DNA of 64,000 nt from Octopus vulgaris (taxonomy: Eukaryota): NCBI GenBank assembly GCA_951406725.2, contig OX597827.1, forward strand, positions 2,728,001 to 2,792,000, in the 5' to 3' direction. A program made the translations under genes and the position numbers. Below the pieces are notes generated by a model. That model saw nothing but the letters and a program-made list of their open reading frames with translations, had not been told where the DNA came from and made no database searches. This document shows, piece by piece, positions 22,869-36,088 of the stretch (position 1 is the first letter of the stretch; the number at the start of each line of letters is the position of its first letter).

Positions 22869-23783
22869 TAGATAATTGAGCCTTGATTGACTAGAAAAAT
22901 TAGGATGAAATGGTTTCCAACTATGACCATCTCATTTGTTTTAAGTGTTTGTAAAGTACATAACTGAATGTTTTTTTCATCTCCCAAGAAAAGAGGATGT
23001 GATCTGAAGGAAATTTGGTAGCTATTTCTAGCAGGTAAATTAACCATGTGGAGGTTCTTTTGTAAGCATGTAGTGTAGGCAGTAATAAGATATTTATAGC
23101 TCATGGCTGCTGTCAGGTGGAATGCAACATAACAGATAATGCTTGTAGGGTCTTGGAGAGATTGTGCCTTAGAAAAATAATGTCATCATAGGTCTGCTTG
23201 ATTAGGGTCAGTAAAGGGTTAACCCTTTAGTATTCAGATTATTCTGTCAAATGTAATGCTTAATTATTCATTGTTTTGAATTAATCCTGCATTATCTCAT
23301 AGCTTTGAGATTTCAATCATGTAACTGTTTATTTTTAGAATAACATTGTAGGGTAGGTGTGAGAGGTCAGAGCTGGCTGGTTTGAACAATAAACAGGTCG
23401 AATATTTGGGCTGAATATGGCAACATACACACAAACCAAAACAAGGGAGCCTTTATGTGGTCATTTGACTGGCTAGAAATAACAATCAAATCTCTAAAAT
23501 TATAGTTTATTGTTGCAGAAAAATATAACCACATTTGATAAATGTGGTCTTATGTATAGTGTCTGGGAGTAAAAGATGAGAATCTATCATCACATGACTG
23601 CTTGATTTGGGTTGATTGACTTAGAATTAATAAACGCCGCATGCTCACACATGCACACACCAAACTGAATGAGCCCTTATGTGGATGTTAATTTGCTAGA
23701 AATAACTAAATTTCCCTCAATTTATACTTTACCATCTTTGAATTAGATGAGTAAAACTGTGTCTAAGAAAAAAGATGGGAATT

Positions 23784-24176
23784 ACTTATTTCTTTACTCC
23801 CCGCAAGGGTCTACACATAGAGGGGACAAACAGATTAAGTCGATTATATCGACCCCAGTGTGTAACTGGTACTTATTTAATCGACCCCCGAAAGGATGAA
23901 AGGCAAAGTTGACCTTGGCAGAATTTGAACTCAGAACGTAGCAGCAGATGAAATACCTATTTCTTTACTATCCACAGAGAGGACAAACAAGGACAGACAA
24001 ACAGATTAAGACGATTATATTGACCCCAGTGCATAACTGGTACTTATTTAATCGACCCCGAAAGAATGAAAGGCAAAGTCGACCTTGGCAGAATTTGAAC
24101 TCAGAACGTAGCGGCAAACGAAATACTGCTAAGCATTTCACTCAGTGCGCTAACATTTCTGCCAGCTCACCGCCTT
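23784..24176 (-). mobile_element. SINE family B tandem dimer with a single TSD
   Basis: Two head-to-tail units (23784-23955 lacks the head); 12-bp TSD aagatgggaatt at 23772-23783 and 24177-24188. Confidence 0.88.
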
Positions 24177-24858
24177 AAGATGGGAATTTCTTTGATCATA
24201 GACCAGCTTGATTGGTGAAATGACCAAGGGCTAAATGACAATAATGACTAATAATATAAACAGAAAGAAAAGAAAGAAGAAAAAAAAACTCCTGTATGTA
24301 ATAACAATTGCCTCTGATTAGCTTTAATCTGTTCGGGTGGTCATCATTCGGAGATGAAATTTACAGTCTATATCCAATTATCGTAATTGTGTTTCAATGA
24401 ATAAATAATATTTTAAGTTGTTTATTTTTGTATTTTAACTGCAGGAATTGGAGACTGTCAGTAAGCTAAGAGCACACCCAACCTGAATGAACGGGTGTTT
24501 TATTAGTAAAATTGCCGCCTGTAGAATCAATGAAATAGTCAGTGAATAAAATAGTCTACTAAATCAATGGATGTGTATATAATGTGTGTGAGTGTGAGAA
24601 AGAGAGAAAGTTTGTAAGTTTTTAGTGATTATTTACAAGCAATGGTTTAATACTAATGAATTGAAACACTGTTAGTCCAAAAGATCAAATTCCAGAAATC
24701 CTGTCAACACTAATATCATTTCTCTGCTTACTATAATGTGGCAGCAACACCACTTCATCTTGAAGATGAGACTGTGAAGATCTAAAATTTGGTAACTTTG
24801 TTACTCCATACAAACAATATATCTTTTATCTTACTTTGACTTAATTCCAAAATCTTAG

Positions 24859-25500
24859 TTCTAGCACAAATTGTAATCCTTCTAGAACAAATTCTTTTGG
24901 AACTCAGTGTGGAATTCCATGTGGGTGTCTGTCTATCTAGAATTCTGCTGCTTCTAATCCTAATCCATGGGTAATACTTGTGTATTGGCTGATCACATCA
25001 AAACTAATCATAATCGTTTCTACTCTTTCTGGTATGTGATTTAGGAAATCCATGTCTTCTCTGGGGTAACTAGGAACCAAACTGCAGAATTGTTTCAGTC
25101 TTACTTCCAGTAAATTACTTAATTGTCAGGTGCCTCATATTTGTCCTACAACAATTGCACGTAATTTTAAACCAGAGAATTTTTACAAATGGTGTATGGA
25201 GGTCTTGTAAGTTATTACAGGTTTCTTTAAATTTATGAATTATCAGTAGCATACAAAAATTGTTTGCTTTTTCTCAAAATATTTATTAATCCAGTTCTTT
25301 TTCCATTGTTACTTTTGAATTATTTGTTCATTATTTGCTTATCCTTATTAGTTTCTAATTTTTGGGAGAAATGCTGATCATTTTGTTGTTTTGAAGGGAT
25401 TTCCCTGTGAGATGTCTTTTCCGTTATTACAATGGCTTCTCGTTTGTCAGCTTCTACAATGACTATAGAAGACTCTTTCTATAGACATGTGTTTTGCTCT
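24859..25500 (-). pseudogene. Decayed Penelope-like reverse transcriptase (N-terminal RT motifs)
   Basis: Minus-strand translation with stops and frameshifts: IVIVEADKREAIVITEK...LKLRAIVVG...LSNLLEVRLKQFCSLVPSYPREDMDFLNHIPE...MISFDVISQYTSITHGLGLEAAEF*IDRHPH...PKEFVLEGLQFVLE. Confidence 0.8.
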
Positions 25501-25649
25501 TCATACACTATATGTAAAGATTCACAAACCGTCTGATTTAAAATCATGCCTAATTGTTGCAGGACCAACATCAATCATCCTCCAATTAAACAATTTACTG
25601 AACATTCTTTTGAAATAATTCTGCTTAATCATTCCTTTCTTTCAATAGG

Positions 25650-27115
25650 CCTGATATGGATTTCATAAATCACTTTCCATAAAGATTAGATACAGAGACA
25701 ATCTTATTTTTTTACGTGATCAGTCGCTAACCAAATATCCCCCGTGGATTAGGACTGAAAACATTAGAATTCTCAATACGCAAATGCCCACACAGAATTC
25801 AGGAAAAATTTCCAAAAGAATTTATACTAGAAGGACTATGATTGGTGCTAGCAAACAACTGTTTCTATTTTGATAGCCAATCAAGCAGAAGGTAGTTACA
25901 AACGATGCTGCATGAAAGTTGCTTCCACATAAAACTAGTGATGGGATTCTTTGAACAAAAAACATTCTGTCTGATTTGGAATTACTTTTGGTAAGCATTT
26001 CAATTCTGCTTAAAAGTAAACTGTAAAAGGTTCCTATATGACTGCTTTGTATTTTGGAATAGAAGTAAAGAAGACCTTACAAGATTTCTTAGATTAAAAG
26101 ATAGCGTTTATGAATTGATCCAATGAATAATGGAAATAAATGAAAGAACTTTTTTTGGTCATTTTGATCATTTTGGTAATTAAGGAGAATGAAGTTGTTA
26201 TATTTGATCTCTACCACAAGGGCACAAACACAACAATACATAGATTTTAGATCTTGCCATCCATTCCATATTGAAAGAAACATTCCACTTAATGACAAAT
26301 GTATATGTTCTATAGTTCTTCACTTGAGTAGTCAACAGAGATGACTGGCAGACCAAAAATATTCTTTCAGAAGCAAAAATATCCCAAGGCAACAGTAAAT
26401 CTTGCTATGACTACAGCAAAATATATCCCTATCCTTGATTTGCTGAGAAACCTTCACAATGAGGAGAATGACAAAAGCAGAAATATTCCATTTGTTGTCA
26501 CCCATAAACCTAAAAACTACATCTTAGATATGGCCAAACAATATCTTCCAGTTCTACACCAATCCTCAGATTATTAGAAAACTATAGATCTATAAATTAT
26601 CAACAGCTAGAGACAACTACCAGATTATAAACTCTTAACAAAGGTGAAATTCACAGAAGATAAAATGCAGATAACAAAATGTGGAGACTTTTGTTGCAGA
26701 AGAGACGAGAGAACAACCAAAAATTTGAGAATGGGAAAGAATTGAAGGTTAATGCAAATATGAATTGAAAAAAAACAAAAATCTCTTTTACTGTATCACA
26801 TGCCCACAGTGCAATGAGAAATATATTGGCCAAACAGGATCAAAATTGTTCAGGTTAGAGTATATTAACAACCAATCAGATTCGTCTCACAGAAATGTTC
26901 CCTAGAGCAAACATCAAGGCAATTGTGCAAATGAAGAATTCAAAATATTCCTCTTTTCAAATTAAAGGAAGAAAATGATCAACTATGAAAAACAAAAGAA
27001 TACTTTATAAGAATTGTAAAACTGAAATCATGAAGGAAATGGTCGGCACCACAACTAACAACTTTTTCCATAGAGATTATCTTATAACTTGTGAATTTGA
27101 AAGCTGAAACTAGTG
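25650..27115 (+). pseudogene. Decayed Penelope-like element (RT plus GIY-YIG endonuclease)
   Basis: DMDFINHFP...EKFPKEFILEGL*LVLANNCFYFD...LVMGFFEQK...DFRSCHPFHIERNIP...QKYPK...IPFVVTHKPKN, then NLFYCITCPQCNEKYIGQTG at 26780-26839 (PLE GIY-YIG signature); many stops and frameshifts. Confidence 0.88.
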
Positions 27116-27122
27116 AAAGGTG

Positions 27123-27473
27123 TACTCTCTTTTACTTGTTTGTCATTTTACTGTGGCCATGCTGGAACACTGCCTTTTGTCGAGTAAATCAACCCCAGGA
27201 CTTATTCTTTCTAAATCGGTCTCTTTTGCCGAACCGCTAAGTGACGGGGACGTAAACACACCAGCATCAGTTGTCAAGCAATGTTGGTGGGGGGGAACAA
27301 ACACACACACATATACGATGGACTTCTTTCAGTTTCAGCCTACCAAATCCACTCACAAGGCTTTGGTTGGCCCAAGGTTATAGTAGAAGACACTTGCCCA
27401 AGGTGCCACGCAGTGGGACTGAACCCGGAACCATGTGGTTGGTAAGCAAGCTACTTACCACACAGCCACTCCT
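27123..27473 (-). mobile_element. SINE family A
   Basis: Reverse-complement match to 7091-7496. Confidence 0.88.
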
Positions 27474-27780
27474 ACACAAAACAGACAAACCTCCTTCCAT
27501 AAAATATATGCGAATTCGTTTTGGACAATTTCCTTTTTCAGAGTAGTGTTTAGAGTGGAAAGAAAAGAGGTGAGACAAAGAAAAACCAAAAGAAGAAAGA
27601 AATGAAAAATGCTGGAAAAATGCCCATGTAGGACTGTCCATGTGGAACTGACCTACATGAAGCTGAGAGCATTTCTTGCAGTTGCTGTGCATGAAAAAAA
27701 AACATATACATACAATATATATATCACCCTACCCATGAGTGCTTTTTCAATAGCTTTGAGTAAAACGCTAGTCACACATA

Positions 27781-27832
27781 ACCTACTGATGATGGGATAA
27801 GAACTACTGTTCATGTATTATAAAACGTAGGT
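27781..27832 (+). ncRNA. Hammerhead ribozyme remnant
   Basis: ACCTA-CTGATGA-TGGGATAA-GAAC-tact-GTTC-ATGTATTAT-AAAAC-G-TAGGT: perfect stem I, but G12 and the cleavage triplet are lost. Confidence 0.5.
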
Positions 27833-28373
27833 CAAAGGAACTGAGACACTGGTGATGTGATACGGACCACAGGTTAAATGTTATGAACCAATGATCACAT
27901 GATAAAAACCACTGACATCTTGGTTGCTTATCCGATACACAACCATCTCTCTCCCTCAGTTCTCTCAATGACCTTGAGTCTAGTCAAAAGAAACTAATAT
28001 AATATATTCTATTGGTTATCTTTTGCATAAGTTAAGCCTAATTTGTCCTCGCTTTTATGGCTAACATCATTATTACTGACAAATACAGTACAGTATATGT
28101 AAATTAATTACCAACTTATTTTGATGAGAGGGTAATAAAACACACACGTACACACAGACCTCTACACCTCTCACTATACACCACGCTCATTAATTCATGT
28201 GTGTATGTATAGGAGTTAGTATAAGTGAACATTTTTTGCATACGTGTGTATATGTTTGTGTATGGTTTTTCGTGTATGCTTGTATGAATGTGTATACATA
28301 CCACTTGAAGTACACATAGAAAGTTTTAATGTAGTCAATTTTCTAATGTATATATTTTGTATGAATTCATAAT

Positions 28374-28414
<41 letters not shown>

Positions 28415-28787
28415 TAATCTTGGCTCAGACATACACGTAGGGTTTCATAATTTCAGTCAACAACAGTAGAACCTATATACACAGCAGTCAGTTAGCCATA
28501 TGAATATATTCACAAGCAAATATTGTATATCATAAAAAAGTGTTGTGTGTGTGTGTGTGTGAGTGTGAGAGAGGCTATATGCAATTGTATCATATGCAAA
28601 TACGATTTTGTATGTATGTGCATGTATGTGAGTATGTATGTCTATATATATAAATATATATGTATATATATATATGTATATATATATATATCTATATATA
28701 TGTGTATGTATGTATATGTATGCATATATATGTATACATATATGTATATATATGTATATATATGTATGTATATAAATGTATATGATA

Positions 28788-28818
<31 letters not shown>

Positions 28819-30022
28819 CACACACATATATACACCCACGTCATTTAGTTATTCATGCATTTACAGTATAATTTTTTTTTAGTTGTCATTGATTCATAGT
28901 AAAAATTCTGAACTTTTTCATCAAACTGTTTCAATATGAATATATGATGAGGTAAACAGACACACCATATACATTCATATAAACATGCACACATATATAT
29001 ATATACAGCCACACTATATACATGTTTGTGTGTGTATAAAACTTGAAATATGTTTTTGTAATTGTAAAAACTATGAACATTAATTGAAATAGTTTGACTA
29101 CAAGAACAGCCAATGTTATTAATAATTCTATTGACAGTGACTTCGAAACTGCCAGTAGTTGGCATCATAATAGTGTAGGTGTATGAATATATATTAGATG
29201 CTAGATTTCTTTTCTTTTTATGAGATGCTAGATTTTCTTTTATATATATATATATATATATTTTTTAGTAACAAAAGTAATTGGTTTCAATCTCTCTCTA
29301 ATAATTTGGAAGAAAGACTGAAAATAGACAGCCTCGGTTTTTAGAATAAAATGGTTGCAAAATGTTTCATGTATATGTAGTCTTATGACTGTATATGACG
29401 TAGCAATAAATGGTAATGATTGTAAAAGTTCAGTGAATGTCCAGCTAAGATCTATGATTACAGGTATTCCTTCCATAAGCATTCTGTCTATTTAGGGTTA
29501 TGCTGAGTGTTCGTCCGATGTGTCTGCTTTTATAAGGGTATAAATTGAGATTTCACAGGTAGGAGGACTAGGTAGAGGTTTCTGCTTTGATTATAGGTAT
29601 GAGTCATTAGGGGCTGACATGAGGCTAAACAAAAACTTAATGGGTTTAAAAGACTATCTGTAGTCATTGCCTGTGTTCCTTGGGTTTGATAATAAAACAA
29701 CTGCAGCTGTTGTTGTTTAGCATGAAGATGACCTTAATTGATTAGACCTGCAATCAAAAGAATTCATTGAATTGGAAGAATTGTTAGAGAGAAGTGAGAG
29801 GTGCTATGTGGTGTCTTTTCTAGCTATTTAAACTTGAACAGCAATGCCTGCATGCACATTGGTCTTAAGCTGTATCAGTATAAGTCAGCAGCCTTTTCCA
29901 TGAATAAATATTGAAAGGTTAAAGAAGAGAGATTTGGTTGTATGGGTAATGGCCAGACTCCTTTTAAAAAATCTTGACTAGGCCAGTGCATACATGCATA
30001 ATCAACCTTGACAGACAGCAGC

Positions 30023-30225
30023 CTTATATATAGTTTTTACTATTATCCTACACTTACACACATACACACTCTCTTATATATAGTTTTTACTATTATCCTA
30101 CACTTACACACATACACACTCTCTTATATATAGTTTTTACTATTATCCTACACTTACACACATACACACTCTCTTATATATAGTTTTTACTATTATCCTA
30201 CACTTACACACATACATACTCTCTT
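30023..30225. repeat. 50-bp tandem repeat, 4 near-identical copies
   Basis: cttatatatagtttttactattatcctacacttacacacatacacactct x4 (one substitution in the last copy). Confidence 0.95.
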
Positions 30226-30621
30226 TCTCACATTACTAATTCATTTTAATTTTTTTCGTCTCTGAGTTATTGTTTCAATGGAGAAAAGGTCTTTTGGATC
30301 AATATGTAATCAAAAAGAAGTACTAAAATTCTGTTATATATTTTCCTTCATTCAATTTATATCCATTTTTCTTATGCCAGCATTGGCTAAACAAACATTG
30401 AGGTATTACACCTGGTTGCCCTTCCTGTCAATAACCCTTACTTGCTGGTTTACAGCTAAGATTTTTCATTCCACTCTTCTTTGAAGGCTCAGAGCTAGTG
30501 GATAATTTTATTTTCAGGGAATGTCAATAAAACATCGCCATTTGTAGCTCAGTGCTTTTTTATGCAATGTGCAAAATGCAAACATTCACCCAGATGAAAA
30601 CACATGCATATGTATAATATA

Positions 30622-30858
30622 TACCTATTTCTTTACTACCTACAAAGGGCTAAACACAGAGGGGACAAACAAGGACAGACAAAGGGATTAAGTCGATTAC
30701 GTCAACCCCAGTGCATAACTGGTACTTATTTAATCGAGCCCGAAAGGATGAAAGGCAAAGTCGACCTTGGCGGAATTTGAACTCAGAACGTAACGGCAGA
30801 TGAAATATGGCTACGCATTTCGCTCGGCATGCTAATGTTTCTGCCAGCTCGCCGCCTT
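30622..30858 (-). mobile_element. SINE family B, full length
   Basis: acctatttctttactac...cgaaaggatgaaaggcaaagtcgacc...ctgccagctcgccgcctt. Confidence 0.9.
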
Positions 30859-31509
30859 AAAATATATATATATACCACCATTTTAATGTTTACAGTTCCA
30901 TATTTTGTGAAAATCTGATGGAATTTGTTGCTGCAGACTTTTCTATGGTTAGATTCACTTCTTGTGGCCAACCTTCATTTGTTTCCAAACAATGTAATAG
31001 TTTCCCATCGTTAGACATATTTTCATGGAAGACTAGAAGTGAATAACATCTCTTGTATAACAGTGATACTCACTTAAAACTTATGGTATCAAAACAAAGA
31101 CACACACACTCGATAGGCTTTCATACAATTTACATTTACCAAGTTAATTCAAGACATTGTTTGGCAAATGTCTCCTGTTATAGCCTCGGGCCAACCAAAA
31201 ACAAATGTAATACTTATTTATTCACATTGTTTTTCAATTATTCATATGTTATAGATTTGAGATTTCGATGATGTAATATTGTTTGTTTTCGGAATGACCT
31301 TGTTGGGTAGATGTGAAAGGCTGGATCAAGCCAGTTTGAACTTAAAACTGGTAGAATATTTGGGCTGGATATGACTGTTGTAAGCCTTTTGATACCAAAC
31401 AGCCCAAAACCACTCTTGATTCTGAGGCACAAACTTCCTGTTTTATATAATTCTAAATTAAAACCCTCCATCAAAATTTCATGTTGATTTAAGTTACATA
31501 CAATCAAAG

Positions 31510-31800
31510 TTTGGCTGTTGCCAGTGCCACCCCGACTGGCCTCCGTGCCGGTGGCACGTAAAAAGCACCATCCAATCGTGGCTGTTGCCAGCCTCGTCTG
31601 GCACCTGTGCCAGTGGCACGTAAAAAGCACCCACTACAATCACAGAGTGGTTGGCGTTAGGAAGGGCATCCAGCTGTAGAAACGCTGCCAGATCAGACTG
31701 GGCCTGGTGCAGCCTTCTGGCTCCCAGACCCCAGTTGAACCGCCCAAACCATGCTAGCAGGGAAAGCGGATGTTAAACGATGATGATGATGATGATGATT
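31510..31800 (+). mobile_element. RTE LINE 3' end (family C)
   Basis: Same motifs as 9742-10138 with a (gat)n tail; inserted in a piggyBac-like remnant. Confidence 0.8.
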
Positions 31801-33133
31801 CATTATCTTCAAAATTGATTGTAACAGAAGCAATGTATATCATCAAAAATATTGTAACAAAAAACAAATTAAATGCTGGAGGGTTAAATCTTTTAAATTG
31901 TGGAGAAAATTAAAGTTATAGCATTCCAGGCAGTTGTTTTTTAATGTCTTTTGTGACATAACAAAGTGAAGAATTGAAGCAATTTCAAGCAAGAGCTGAA
32001 CTTTAGTCCTGATTCTCCTAGATGTATGTCCTAAGTTGATTGGCTTCCAGGTCCATACATGCTCGAAAGACATTCCAGTTGTGACCATCTCATCATTTTC
32101 ATATCTCGTGTATATGGGTCTTTATTATTTCAACATGTCCATTAAGATGTCCTTTATTTATAGTTTTGATTGTAAGGCAATGTGGTTGCTATTTCTAGTA
32201 GATCAAATAACCACCTAAAGGCTCTGTGCTTTAATCCTCTCAGGTTATTACACCTTATCAAATAGATATATTACCTGATGAAAAGGTGTTCTTGTCATGA
32301 CTACCTGTTCATTTTCTTTCTTTTCTTTTTTGTTCCAGTGAATCAAGAATTACATTATCCAATGTGTCTACTTTTCAGGAAAAAATAGTAGGACATAATT
32401 TTATAGAAATTTGGTTATTATTCTGAACAGACTGAGAAAAATTTTCTTTATTTCCTCAACTTTCCTTGTAATACTCTGCCCTGATATTCGACTAGTACTT
32501 TATTTTAATAAAAGGCAGAGCTGCCTGAATATTTCTCTTTTGTTTTCCAGATACATTGAGACAATTAAGTTTCATTTATCAACACACCAGTTACTGAGTA
32601 TATTTTAAAGTGTGTTTTACGGTAGTGTCTATGGATATCACCTTTGCACACAGTACACCTGTGCATGGTAAGAATTTGCCACCAGGCAGAAATAATCTGA
32701 TATTATTACAGTTTAATTACAATGATCAGTTTGAAATATTTCTATATACAGAATCCCTGTTATTCAATCTGATTAGTGTAGCTGCTAAATTTTGGGTATA
32801 TGTGTAACTCTCACTTGTATATTAGAAATTTTGTGACAAGGTTAGTTGTGTGAGAAGCCTTAGTGCATGATACACACACACACACATGTATGTACACAGA
32901 CACACACAGAAGACTCAGTGAGATATGTCATAAACTGTATACCTCATTATGATATATGCTTTAAAAAATGGTTAGAATTTATTCATATGTCACAAGCAGC
33001 AAGTTTATTATGTTACAAACTTTGTATAAAAATCAACACTTCTACATTTTCTTTTTACTTTTTCTCTTCTTTTTGCCCCCACCTAGAACAGTCTTAATGA
33101 TATCATGGTGTTTAGTTTGGAAGATTGAAGAGT

Positions 33134-33169
<36 letters not shown>

Positions 33170-33523
33170 GCATGCATGCACATAAATCTGTATGTGGTTA
33201 GTTATATATATATATATGCATGTATGTATGTATTGTTGTTATCTTCTACATTTATTAAAAAGAGAGAATTTAATAATGTAAACAGCAGTGGTGGTGACGG
33301 TGGAGGTGGTGGTGACGGTGGTGGTGATGGTGGTGGCGACGGTGGGAGTGGTGACGGTGGTGGTAATGATGAGTAAAAGGGAGCGGATGATAATAAACAA
33401 TGAAACAAATATTTTCCCATAGTTTATTGTCACCATTCTACAATAAGAAACAGTGTGGGTGGGTGTATATATATATATATATATATGATGAAGTATACAC
33501 ACACTCACACAATGCAATCCTAC

Positions 33524-33565
<42 letters not shown>

Positions 33566-33954
33566 CACACACATACGTGACTATACAAATAATATATCAT
33601 GCTGGCTTAACTGTATCTTTGGCAAATCTGTAAATTGGTATTGAAAAAGGAAGTCAAGAGAGAAAGAGGCGCCAGAGAGAGGAAATTAAGAAATAAGGAC
33701 ATATCAATAGGTAGATAGATAAGTGGATAAATAGGAAAGCAGATAGAAAGAATATGAAAGAAGAGAGGTAGGTAGGTAAACAGATTGGTGGATGGAGAAA
33801 TAAAGAAATCATGAGAGAGAAATGAAGACAGACGCATAGAGAGCAAGAAAAAAATGGTAGGAATAGAGAAATTCATTGTGAATTGAATGTATGTATGTGT
33901 AAGAATGTATATGTATATATGTGTATGCATGCTTGATTATATGTACATCTTTGA

Positions 33955-33993
<39 letters not shown>

Positions 33994-35717
33994 TTTGAAT
34001 ATTTGCGTGTATGCATGTTTGGTTATTTGTATGAATGTATGTGTATGTATTTGAATATATGTGTATGTTTGTATGCTATTATATCTATAAAATGTATGTA
34101 AGTATGCATCTGTGTATATACAGTTTATTTATATTTCTTATGAAAACTAAACAAGTAAATAGTGAAAATATGTTTAATATTGAGGTTTTTCCCTTGGTAT
34201 TCTTGGCTTGTTTTTGTATTGAAATTTAAAAGAAAAACCAAAATATATTTTATTTTATTATTATTGTTATTGTTTATTGATGTTTTTCATTTGTCTATTT
34301 TTATTTACTCTAAGACAACTTGGATAAAATAAATTATGATCATATAATGATGAAGTCTGGCAAAAATTGTAAAACAAAATAGCATACAGCACAGTATAAA
34401 GGAAAAAACAACCACACACACACACACATACACACACACACACAAAAATATATTCAAGAATGCCTAAAAATAAACCTGCATTGTTGCAGAAACCTATAGA
34501 TATTCAACAAAAGTTGGAAAAGGGGCTCAGAACAACAACAACAACAACAATAATAATAATAATAGTACAAATACTGAGGATACTCTTTAGAGACAATACA
34601 ATGTTTAAAAAAATCCTAGCAAAACGACTTCAACAATAATAAAAAAAAAAATGCCATCTCTGCAATTGCATATGGCTGACTCAGCACCAAATCTAACTTA
34701 ACTGCCAGATTATTTTGGAGTAAAGCAAAAATAAATATATGAAACAAAGAAACCAAAAACACTTCTCTACCAGACAAACAACTTTTCCTTATCAGGAATT
34801 CTGAAATAATAATAGTTTCTATCATTGGCACAAGATATGAAAGTTCGAAGGGAGAGGGTTAGTTACCACTGTTGACCCCAATGCTTGGCTGGTACTTTAT
34901 TTTAGAAAATATAGAGGTGGAAGAAATGCCATACAAGGCATTTTGTTGTCCAATGCTCAAAAGATTCTGCTAATACACTACTCTTGATGATGATGATGAT
35001 GATCATCATCAGGATAAGAAACCTTCTGTAACAAGGCCTAAACTTGGCAAGGAGTGGGGTGCTAGTCAATTACATTGACCCCAGTACTTATTGTATTGAC
35101 CCTGAAAGGGAGAAAGATATAGTCAACTTCAGCAGAATTTGAACTCAGAACCCAAAGATGGATGAAATACCTCTTAGCATTTTATCTAGCATGCTAACAA
35201 TTCTGCCAGCTCATCACAATAATAATAATGATCCTTTCCAAAGATGGCAAGCTTTACGTTTTGAGTTCAAATTCCACCGAGGTCGATTTTTGCCTTTCAT
35301 CATTTCGTAGGTCGATAAATTAAGTACCAGTTGCGTACTGGAGTCGATCTAATCGACTGGCTCCATCCCCCAAAATTTTAGACCTTGTGCCTAGAACAGA
35401 AAAGAATAATGATCCTTTCTATTATTGGCACAAGGCCTGAAATTTTGGGGGAGGAGTTAAGTCAACTGGTACTTATTTCATTGATCTCGAAAGGATGAAG
35501 TGCAAAGTCAACCTCGATGGAATGATGGAATTTGAACTCAAAACATAAAGACAGATGAAATGTTGCTAAGTATTTGGCCCACTGTGCTAATGATTCTGCT
35601 AGTTCACTGCCTTATGCAATAATAATAATAATGGTTTAAAATTTTGGCACAAGGCCAGCAATTTCGAAGGAAGAGAGTCATCAATTACATCAACCCCAGT
35701 GATCAACTGGTACCTAT

Positions 35718-36088
35718 GTGGAGGCAGAATGGCCCAGTGGTTAGGGCAGCGGACTAGCGGTCAGAGGATCGCAGTTTTGATTCCCTGACCGGGCGTTGTG
35801 TGTGTTTATCGAGCGAAAACATCTAAAACTCCATGAGGCTCCAGCAGGGGGTGGTGGCGACCCCTGTTGTACTCTTTCGCTCCAACTTTCTCTCACTCTT
35901 TCTTCCTGTTTCTTGTCCCCGACTTCCTACGCAACCGCTGAGCCTGGATGCGCATTCATCCATCCATCGACGCTCTCGGTGTTGGAGGTTGACTTGCTTT
36001 CTCTTCTGCGGGTCTTATAAATAGCAAAGGACCACGTATCGGACTTCTCTCAATACAGAAGACCACTTCGCTCAACATCAGCATCATC
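35718..36088 (+). mobile_element. tRNA-derived SINE family D with TSD, nested in a family B copy
   Basis: A box tggcccagtgg, B-box-like gttttgattcc; 12-bp TSD actggtacctat at 35706-35717 and 36089-36100. Confidence 0.9.

Noticed and set aside
30023-30225. CRISPR-like regular repeat
   Set aside because: Contiguous 50-bp tandem units without unique spacers, in eukaryotic DNA with no cas genes.
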